A program made the translations under genes and the position numbers. The notes below the pieces were generated by a model. It was given only the letters and a program-made list of their open reading frames with translations. It was not told the origin of the DNA and did no database searches. A stretch of 64,000 nt of DNA from the NCBI GenBank assembly GCA_964016885.1, contig OZ024741.1, positions 78,492,001-78,556,000 on the forward strand. The letters are read 5' to 3'. Below, one piece after another: positions 1 to 8,394 of this stretch (position 1 is the stretch's first letter; each line of letters begins with the position of its first letter). This DNA is from Eledone cirrhosa. Taxonomy: Eukaryota.

Positions 1-16
1 TTTTTTTTTTTCAGTC

Positions 17-28
17 GCCGAAATAGCT
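17..28 (-). promoter_or_regulatory. Putative non-canonical primer-binding site, complementary to tRNA-Phe nt 1-12
   Basis: The plus strand reads GCCGAAATAGCT, the 5' end of metazoan tRNA-Phe(GAA), and directly abuts the LTR terminus. Confidence 0.6.
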
Positions 29-309
29 TGTAGTTAGAAAAAGCTATCTCACTTACCGCTTTTCACAGGCGCCGCTAAATTCCACTGCAGGTACTCCTCT
101 TCCACGTGCGTCCGACTGCTTAACACCGGGAGCTGCCCAAAACTCGCGTCCACACCGTGTGCTGGTCACCACTAGAGAGAGGCCCTCTGCTGGCCCTTCC
201 GGTCGAGCATCCTTCCGGCCAAAAACCCCTTCCGGTCGAGCACTCAAAAACCCCTTTCGGTCGAGCACTCCCCCCGCCTCTAGCCACCGCACGCCACACC
301 ATACCCACA
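29..309 (-). repeat. 5' LTR of a second copy of the 2815-6949 Gypsy-like family; the element continues off the left edge
   Basis: The reverse complement runs TGTGGGTATGG...CTAACTACA and is similar to LTRs 2815-3067 and 6696-6949. It is followed on the minus strand by the same post-LTR sequence AGCTATTTCGGC. Confidence 0.9.
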
Positions 310-439
310 ATTATCATGGTTATAAACTTCATTGTGTATGAAGAGGTTTTGAGAGAAAACAATTTTAAGAGTGTATGCTTTTTTTTTTAATTGAAAACTA
401 TCATTGTGTGTGGGGGTGGGTGGGTGAAAAAGAGGCAGA

Positions 440-604
440 AGGTATGTGCATGTGTGTGTCAGAAAGAGAGGGGGGGGCAGAGAGTGGGGGCAGAGAGAGT
501 AGAGAGACAGAGAGAGGGGGCAGAGAGAGGGGGCAGAGAGAGGGGGCAGAGAGAGGTGGGGTAGAGAGAGAAGAGAGACAGAGAGAGAGAGAGGGAAAAG
601 AGAG
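440..604. repeat. GA-rich simple repeat
   Basis: (GA)n and GGGGGCAGAGA units. Confidence 0.85.
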
Positions 605-651
605 TTTTTTTTTCTGTTTACAGGGTGTTTATATATCTACACAGTTAACGT

Positions 652-864
652 GTAAATTTATATATACATTTACGCAATCTCGGTTCCCTCTATTTTGTGT
701 GTTTATAGAGAATCTTATATACTTCGGTTGCTTAACACACAACTTTATATGTATTTCTATACATATAAAGTTGTGTGTTAAGCAACCGAAGTATATGATA
801 AGATTCTCTGTAAACACACAGAATAGAGGGACCCGAAATTGCGTAAATGTATATATAAATTTAC
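652..864. repeat. Near-perfect ~105-bp-arm inverted repeat (palindrome, MITE-like)
   Basis: TAAATTTATATATACATTTACGCAAT...CACACAACTTTATATGTA versus TACATATAAAGTTGTGTG...ATTGCGTAAATGTATATATAAATTTA. Confidence 0.85.
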
Positions 865-1339
865 GAAACTACGGATTCATATATCCTGTGATAACTTTAT
901 TACTTTCATTTTATTTACTTTCGCAGTTCACAGAGAGCATTTCTCTCCGCTCTCTTATTTTTTTAGCTCCCCTTTCCTGTCTTTCTCTCACTTTCTCATT
1001 CTCTCCCGCACATATTTCTATACTTCACTGTCGCTATCTTCGCAGTATTTAGTTACATCTATTTACGTTCTAGGTTCGAATCTCATCACGGCCGACATAA
1101 CATTTCATTCTTTCAGAGTTTCTCAAATTGTATCTTTTTTCTCTCTCGATCCTCATACTTTTCCTACACATTCTCCCCCCCCCTCTTCTTCTCTTTTCCA
1201 GATTCTAATTCTTTCTCTCCTCATGATTCTTTATCCCATTCTGTCTTTAACATTCTCTTTCTTTCTCTTTTTAACTTCCCCTTTTTTACACATTTTGCGG
1301 TTCATTCTTTCTCTCTTTGTCATTCGAAATTAGCTGTCA

Positions 1340-1860
1340 ATCAGCATAGGAATGTAGGACAAATGGGTTAGATGAGTTGTCCTGTTATGAAACAAATCAG
1401 AGTGTCTTGCTCAGACAGAACTGTTTCTGGTTTGGTTTCTACAGCTGGATATCCTTCCTAATGCCAACCACATTTACAGTGTCGACTGGGTGCTTTTTGT
1501 TTCACAAACATGACCAACTGACATGTTGAATTGGAGCTTTTTATCATGGCACCAAAACAACCACTTTACAGTGTGGCCTGGGCGTTTTTTGATGTCACCA
1601 ACACAACCAATTTCCAAGGTGCTTTTTGTCATGTTACCAATTCAACCACTCCACATGATGGATCAGATATCTTCTGTCACGGCAACACATGACCACTTAA
1701 CTGGGTGGACTGGGTGATTTTTGTCATGTCACCAACATGACCACCTTACAAGAAAGACTAGATACTCTTGTGTCATGTCCGCAGCATGAGCACCTTACAT
1801 GGTGGTCTAGGGGCTTTTGTTGTGTCACTAGCATGACCACCATACAGGGTGGACTAACCT
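1340..1860 (-). mobile_element. Degenerate RTE-related SINE body with ~50-bp internal tandem repeats
   Basis: CAGCTGGATATCCTTCCTAA motif followed by repeated ACCAC-TTACAGTGTGGACTGGGTG-TTTTTGTCATGTCACC-like units. Confidence 0.6.
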
Positions 1861-2144
1861 ATATATATATATATATCTGCTGTCCTTTATCTATTTTAGA
1901 ACTGTAAAATTTGGTACTCTTGTTTGTGTCAAAAGATCCTTATCAATATCTGCCCACTATCCACCAACCATCGATTACCACCACCACTTTCTTCCTCATT
2001 TTACAAATTCACTCCTATTCTCACCCGTGTGATTGTGTGTATGCATATTCATATATCTATATCTAAATCAAAAAAAGAAAACTTTTTTCGCTCTACTTGG
2101 TTGAATACAATAAATGTAATCTGAGTTTTTTGAATATTAATAAT

Positions 2145-2257
2145 TGTTTCTACTTTAGGCACAAGGCCAGCAATTACCCAGTGCATTACTGGTACTTTAT
2201 TTTATCGACCCCGTAAGGATGAAAGGCAAAGTCATCCTCGGCGGGATTTGAACTCAG
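2145..2257 (-). mobile_element. 5'-truncated Deu/Nin-type tRNA-derived SINE
   Basis: Matches the SINE at 17714-17902 and is flanked by the duplication GAATATTAATAAT. Confidence 0.8.
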
Positions 2258-2406
2258 AATATTAATAATAGCATTCAATATGTTTGCAATTATGCAAACA
2301 AGCCTCAATTTTATAGCCATGTCAGTAGAATGAACCCTTCATTCTTGCTCTTGTATTGGCATATGAACAGAACTGCAGACACTAATGTTTCTGACAGTTT
2401 GGCAGG

Positions 2407-2470
2407 TGAACAGTGAGCTGTACTGACGAAGGGTGATACCCAGAAACATTAGTGTCTGCAGTTCTGTTCA
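2407..2470 (+). ncRNA. Type I minimal hammerhead ribozyme (family A)
   Basis: Stem I TGAACAG..CTGTA / TGCAG..CTGTTCA; core CTGACGA; stem II GGGT-GAT-ACCC; GAAAC; stem III ACA-TTAG-TGT; GTC cleavage triplet at 2454-2456. Confidence 0.75.
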
Positions 2471-2814
2471 CATGCCAACACAAGAGCAAGAATGAAGGGT
2501 TCATTCTACTGACATGGCTATAAAATTGAGGCTTGTTTGCATAATTGCAAACGAATCGAATGTTATTATTAACATTCGAAAAACTACGATTACATTTAGT
2601 GTATTCAACCATGTAGAGCGAAAAAAGTTTTCTTTTTTATTTGAATTTGGCAAAGCCGGCCATTTATCGCTCGTATACAGGAAACTGACTGGCCAGTCTG
2701 CTGATATGCAAATTTGGCTGATCAGTGGATCTGCTAATATGCTGATCTGACTGATCAGCCAGTCTGCTAATATGCAAATCAGGCCGATCAGTCACTATGT
2801 ATTTTTGAAAATAG

Positions 2815-3067
2815 TGTGGGTATGGTGTGGCGTGCGGTGGCCGGAAGCGGGGGAGTGCTCGACCGGAAGGGTGCTTCGCCGGAGGATGTTCGACCGGAAG
2901 GGCCAGCAGATTGGCCTCTCTCTAGTGGTGACCAGCAACGGTGTGGACGCGAGTTTTGGCAGCTCCCGGTGTTAATGAGTTGGACGCACGTGGAAGAGGA
3001 GAAACCAGCAGTGGGATTTAGCGGCGCCTATGAAAAGCGGTAAGTGAGATAGCCTTTTCTAACCACA
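2815..3067 (+). repeat. 5' LTR
   Basis: Direct repeat of 6696-6949 with TG...CA ends and internal GCTCGACCGGAAGGG repeats. Confidence 0.95.
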
Positions 3068-3079
3068 AGCTATTTCAGC
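3068..3079 (+). promoter_or_regulatory. Putative PBS AGCTATTTCAGC (11/12 complementary to the tRNA-Phe 5' end)
   Basis: Immediately follows the 5' LTR, has no TGG, and is conserved with 17-28. Confidence 0.55.
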
Positions 3080-3185
3080 ACTGGACACTGAGATCTGATT
3101 GAAAAAAAACAACAAAAAAAACCTACTGGAAAAACAGAGAGGAATCTGTTGTTTTTCTTATCACGTACCGCAAGAAAAATTAGGA

Positions 3186-3947
3186 ATGGCGACGAGACTA
3201 CGAACAAGCGAAGCGATCAGGGCATTTACCGGTGAAGGTGGTGTTGTCGCTTGGCTGCGAAAAGTCCGGCTGGTCGCAAGCTTACAGAAGATAGAAGATG
3301 TGGCTGGCCTCGTGGCACTGTACCTCGAGAGGGACGCGTTGGTACTCTTCCTTGAGTTGGATGAACACAGCCAAAGAGATGCGCAAAAGATTGAGAGGCG
3401 CATGATGGAAGCGTTCGCAGAGGGACCGTTAGCCGCTTTCGCTAAGCTGGCAAGAATTAGATGGAACGGTGAACCCGTTGACATTTTCGCAGCGGAAATA
3501 CGGCGATTGGCCATGTTGGCTGGGTATCAGGTGGAATGCGAACGCACGGTGCGGTTGGCATTCATAAATGGATTTCTAGACGACATAGCGGTGAAACTGC
3601 AGAAAGTCCCGGGTTACAAAGAAATGGAAATGCGTTCACTGGTGGAACAAGCCCGGATCATAGCAGAAGATGCCAAGAAGAGTGTCGCGGCGATAGCAAC
3701 TACAGAGGATCAAGACAGCTGGCAGCAAAATGGTGAAAGGGAGGCAACCACGGCACGCGGTCGCCCGCGAACGTTTAGAGGTCGCTGTTTTAGGTGCCAG
3801 GGCCCGCACATGGCTAGAGACTGTAGAGAGTCAAGGCCGGAAATAATATACTACCGATGTAAGTGACCAGGCCACATCGCTACTAACTGCGACCAGGGAA
3901 ACGATCCAAGGGGAACTACTGCGCCGGTAGTTGCCCCTTACGAGTAG
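3186..3947 (+). pseudogene. gag: Gag with CCHC zinc knuckle; premature TGA at 3864-3866
   Basis: MATRLRTSEAIRAF... and CFRCQGPHMARDC, followed by a degenerate second knuckle YYRCK*PGHIATNC. Confidence 0.85.
3896..3939 (+). promoter_or_regulatory. Predicted -1 ribosomal frameshift signal (G GGA AAC plus hairpin)
   Basis: The heptamer is in gag phase, the -1 frame is open into the protease, and the hairpin AAGGGG-AACTAC...GTAGTT-G-CCCCTT lies 5 nt downstream. Confidence 0.7.
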
Positions 3948-6682
3948 AAGCGCTGCCCGTGGTGGAAGTCTTCGTGAGGGGAAAGCCACAGCGAGCCCTC
4001 GTGGACACGGGCTGTACGACGACACTGGTGACCGCGGGGGTGGCGCAGAGGTGGAGAGGGAAGAGCAGCATAAGGGCAGTCGACGGTAGGAAAATTGAAT
4101 GCCGAGGTCACAGCGAGATGGAAATAGCGGTACCGGGAAGGAAAATAAGGCTTTCTGCCATCGTAGTAGACAGCGTGGTGGATGGGATCGGCGTGGTTAT
4201 GGGCATGGACGCAATTGGCCGTCTAGGAGGCCTCACAGTGAACAACGTCGGTGTGTCATTTGGCGGCGCTGCATCGGTATGCGCTGTGAGTACGCGACAG
4301 GAGAACCAGAAGGCCCACGAGGAGAAATACCCCGCTTACACTGTGCAGGACAAAGACTTCAAGGCCGTGTTCGATGGGCAGCGATGGGTTGTTGAGTGGT
4401 ACTGGAAGGGAGAACCACCAACACTGAAGACCAAAGTGGGCTGCTACCAACACACATTGAAGGGAAACATTAGGAGCGAGAGGTAGAGAGATGGATTGAG
4501 GAGGGCATACTGCTTCCCTGGAAAGAGGAGGTGAAGTGCGGAGTATTGCCGTTAATGGCGGTGGCGTAACCCACGAAGAACAAGGTGAGGCCGGTGCTGG
4601 ACTTTCGGGAGCTGAACGAGCACGTGTCATGCCACACGGGTGGCGAGGTCACGGATGTCTGTGTGTAAACCCTGCGTGAGTGGAGACGCATAACGGGGGG
4701 TTCAGCAATCGTAGATCTAAAGTCGGCAAACTTGCAGTATCAGCTCTGGCAGTATCAGCTCTGGCAGTATCAGCTGGTCAGGTATAAGGGCCGGACATAT
4801 TGCCTGACCAGGCTCGGTTTCGGGCTGAGCTCCGCACCGACGATGATGGCGGCGGTCCTCAAGACCATTCTGGGAAAGGCCGACAAGATGTAGAGGGCCA
4901 CTAATTCCTACATTGACGACATCCTAGTGGACGAGTCTGTGGTGTCGGCGGCGGAGGTCACTAGCCATTTACAGGGGTATGGACTGGCTGCGAAACCGTC
5001 AGAAGCATTGGAGGGAGGAGCCGCGCTGGGACTTAGGCTACGGCGAGACAGGACGGGCGTCTTGGTATTCCAGAGGGGAAATGAAGTTCCAGAACTGGGC
5101 CCAAGTATGAATAGGCGGGAGCTTTTCTCGGTGTGTGGAAAGTTGGTGGGTCACTACCCGATTGCTGGGTGGCTCCGGACGGCATGCAGCTATGTCAAGA
5201 GACGAGCGGGAGGAGTGACAGAGTGGGAGAGAGGACGGTGGCCATGATGCAGGAAATCGTGGGTAGGGTGAAGGCCGACGATCCAGTGCGGGGATGCTGG
5301 TATGTTCCCAAATCGCAGAGCGGGACCATATGGTGCGATGCCAGCAGCATAGCGCTGGGTGCCACGTTGGAGATAGGAGGTGTTGAGGTCGAGGATGCAG
5401 CCTGGCTTAGGAAGAAGGACGACTGCAACCACATCAATGTGGCCGAACTGGACGCAGTGTTGAGAGGGGTGAACCTCGCCCTGAGGTGGGGACTGCGCAC
5501 CATCGAGATACGCACCGACTCGGCTACTGTACTCGGATGGGTAAGATCAGGGCTCACAAGTGAGAAGAGAGTGCGAACGAGAGGGGCAGCGGAGATGCTG
5601 ATAAAGCGCCGCCTGGGAACTTTAGGAGAGCTGGCCACCAAGTTCGACCTGAGGCTGAGCGTAGTTTTCGTGCCTTCAGAGAAAAATAGGGCGGACGTCT
5701 TAACTAGGGTGAAGAAAGCCTGGATGGAAGCGCCGGAGTAAGGTAGAAGATGAGATAGCTGCCGTGTGTTGGCTGACCGAGTCGGATCTGAAAGGGTTGC
5801 ATGACATGCACCACATGGGAGTGGATAGGAGCCTGTTCCTAGCCCGGAGAATCGACTCGGACGTTAACAGACACAGTGTTCAAAGGGTGGTTAGTGGCTG
5901 CGTCCGATGTCAGTCCATTGATCCCGCCCCGGGTCTGCACGAAACGGGAAGCCTCCCGTTGGATTACGATTGGCGGTAGATGTAACGCACTACCGACAGG
6001 GAACGTACCTCTCGATGGTCGACTGTGGACCAGGACGGATGGCGATATGGAGGGAGATGAAGACTGGAACGGCTGAGGAGATCATGCGGACGTTGAGAGA
6101 GGTGTTCTTGGAGCGGGGCCCTGTGGACGAACTGCTGATGGACAACAGCGCAGCGTTCCGCTCAGAGGCGCTGAGGGAGATGCTCGATGGATGGAAGGTG
6201 GACCGTTTCTTCAGAGCGGCGCACAGGCCGAGCGACACCACCAGACGATAAAGGCAATGGAGGCAGTGTTCTGGTACAATATGTCCCCTCGGGTGGGACA
6301 GGTCGAGGAATCGGTGCCACACAGAGCAGTATTCAGATACGAGTGGCGGCACCCGTGCACGCCACCACAACGGCCAGTGGGGAGAGAGAGTGCATTCGTG
6401 CCAGTGGGCGAAGAAGTCTGGGTTAAGCCCCCAGATGCACGTTGCACATCTCAATGGGGAAGGGGAACGGTGACGGCCGTAAATTCAAAGAACAACGTGT
6501 CCGTGGACGGAGTACCATGTCATGTCCTGGATGTCCGTAGAATCACTGTGTCAACGGACTCCGAGGAAGAGGAAACCCAATGTGCCGCCCCAACACTGCG
6601 GAGATCGCAAAGAAGTCGCAAATCACCAACCTGGACAGCAGAGTTTCATATGCAGAAGGACGAGGGGGAAATTGATCCTTGA
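3902..6682 (+). pseudogene. pol: Pol (protease, RT, RNase H, integrase), with frameshifts and stops
   Basis: ALVDTGC (PR); YIDD at about 4909-4920 (RT); WCDASS/HINVAEL/TDS/NRAD (RH); HDMHH..CVRC, DVTHY, MDNS (IN); GEEVWVK..W.G module. Confidence 0.9.
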
Positions 6683-6695
6683 GATCAGGGGGACG

Positions 6696-6949
6696 TGTGG
6701 GTATGGTGTGGCGTGAGGTGGCCGGAAGCGGGGAAGTGCTCGACCGGAAGGGTGTTTGGCCGGAAGGATGCTCGACCGGAAGGGCCAGCAGATCGGCCTC
6801 TCTCTAGTGGTGACCAGCAACGGTGTGGACGCGAGTTATGGCAGCTCCCGGTGTTAATGAGTTGGACGCACGTGGAAGAGGAGAAACCACCAGTGGGATT
6901 TAGCGACGCCTATGAAAAGCGGTAAGTGAGATAGCTTTTTCTAACCACA
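6696..6949 (+). repeat. 3' LTR
   Basis: Direct repeat of 2815-3067, preceded by GAGATCAGGGGGACG and followed by TSD AATAG. Confidence 0.95.
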
Positions 6950-6954
6950 AATAG

Positions 6955-7176
6955 CATATATTTTCACTAGCTCTGACACTTTGGCAGGTGAACAGTTAGC
7001 TGTACTGATGAAGGGTGATACCCAGAAACATTAGTGTCTGCAGTTCTGTTCACATGACAACACAAGAGCAAGAATGAAGGGTTCATTCTACTGACATGGC
7101 TATAAAATTGAGGCTCGTTTGCATAATTGCAAACAAATTGAATGTTATTATTAATATTCGGAAAACTCAGATTACA
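6955..7176 (+). mobile_element. Family A hammerhead element, downstream half; the upstream half is about 2690-2814, split by the LTR insertion
   Basis: Joined to 2690-2814 it matches the uninterrupted minus-strand copy at about 21690-21990. Confidence 0.8.
6989..7052 (+). ncRNA. Type I hammerhead ribozyme (family A)
   Basis: CTGATGA-AGGGTGATACCCA-GAAACATTAGTGTC with stem I arms. Confidence 0.75.
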
Positions 7177-7192
7177 TATATCTAAATATATC

Positions 7193-7223
<31 letters not shown>

Positions 7224-7619
7224 TCTAGCAAGGAAAACCCAATGTATTATATACAGGTAAATAAGTTGCTGCATACAATATACAATACATTTTAAATTTA
7301 GGTTTTGTAGGTCATGCAGATAAGTCAGATGCAGGCTTTTAATGTTTAATTTTCATGGGAAAGGGCATGATTTATACACATGTCGGAGGGTGGCGAGAAG
7401 TGAGTAACTCTGTTACTCATTCCTTTGTTTCTTGTTTCAGTTAGTGGGTTGTGGTTGTGTTGGGGCATGGATCATCACAAGTATCATTATATATACATTA
7501 TATGCTCATCGTTATATATACATATATGTATGAATGTTCTCTTTCTCTTAATTTCAAGTACATTTTTGACCAGCCACCTTCCTGATGGCAAGGTTGTAAA
7601 AAAAAAGAAATTGTCATCC

Positions 7620-7667
<48 letters not shown>

Positions 7668-7744
7668 CATTTAAAAAGTATCCAACTTTATTTTTTCTCA
7701 CCAAAACTAATGCCACATAGGCAAAATCTTTTGGGTGGGAGGTG

Positions 7745-7918
7745 ATGCCACCTTTCCTGCGCATGTGTGAACATTTTCACACTGGTAGGTTAGATCAGTT
7801 CTCAGCTGTTTCACCTAGAGTACAGATGTAATAGTGTATGCTCATTGGATCTCGTTTTTACACAAGATGACCAAACGCAGTCAGCAGAGATATTGCATCA
7901 AGTTTTGCCAAGATTCAT
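7745..7918 (+). mobile_element. Mariner transposase 5' remnant
   Basis: ATG at 7868 reads MTKRSQQRYCIKFCQ, a typical mariner N-terminus. Confidence 0.55.
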
Positions 7919-8340
7919 TTGCTGTTTAATATTTGTTTGTTGTTTAAAATTCGTTCATTGCTGTAAGGGATTTCCAGGGCTTTTGTGGTGCAAAGATCAC
8001 ACAGTCTTTTATTTCCATTATAGGATCTAGCTTTAGTAAAGATCTCCCAGTGTAACATATATCGTATGTAATTACCTTTTAAACAAAAGTATATATTTTT
8101 ATCATAGCAAGAAATTGTTGTTCTCGCTTCACATAATGACATAATTATCCTTGCATATATTTCACCCATTGCAAGAGAATATCTTCAATTACCACCGTTA
8201 TGTCTTCCTGTTTTCTAAAGGTAATATTTGGTCATACCATTTTTTGAAATATTTACTTCTGCATCTACAGATTGATTTTTCTCAGTTTCAGAAGATCCTG
8301 TATAAGGTGAAAACATAAATTATTTGCTTAAACTGTAATC
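7915..8340 (-). pseudogene. Penelope-like element C-terminal (GIY-YIG region) remnant
   Basis: WEIFTKARSYNGNKRLCDLC resembles the Penelope endonuclease C-terminal W..L..A.SY...K.C.LC motif. Confidence 0.55.
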
Positions 8341-8341
8341 T

Positions 8342-8394
<53 letters not shown>

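Larger units (their letters stand above)
2068..2643. mobile_element. Fold-back hammerhead-bearing non-coding element (family A; Penelope pLTR/retrozyme-like)
   Basis: About 200-bp inverted arms (2068-2394 excluding the SINE, versus 2441-2643) around and overlapping a hammerhead. Confidence 0.8.
2815..6949 (+). mobile_element. Full-length compact Ty3/Gypsy-like LTR retrotransposon (degenerate)
   Basis: TG...CA LTRs at 2815-3067 and 6696-6949 (about 10 substitutions plus 1 indel), TSD AATAG at 2810-2814 and 6950-6954, purine tract before the 3' LTR, gag-PR-RT-RH-IN order. Confidence 0.95.

Noticed and set aside
53-310. MWVWCGVRW ORFs recurring at 53-310, 2816-3043 and 6695-6925
   Set aside because: They are read-through of the LTR; the frame is not conserved between copies.
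375-1333. 225-aa and 164-aa ORFs
   Set aside because: They run through GA repeats, a palindrome and a pyrimidine tract and have no protein motif.
4733-4776. 15-bp tandem GCAGTATCAGCTCTG inside the LTR element RT
   Set aside because: It looks like a local slippage lesion in a dead copy.
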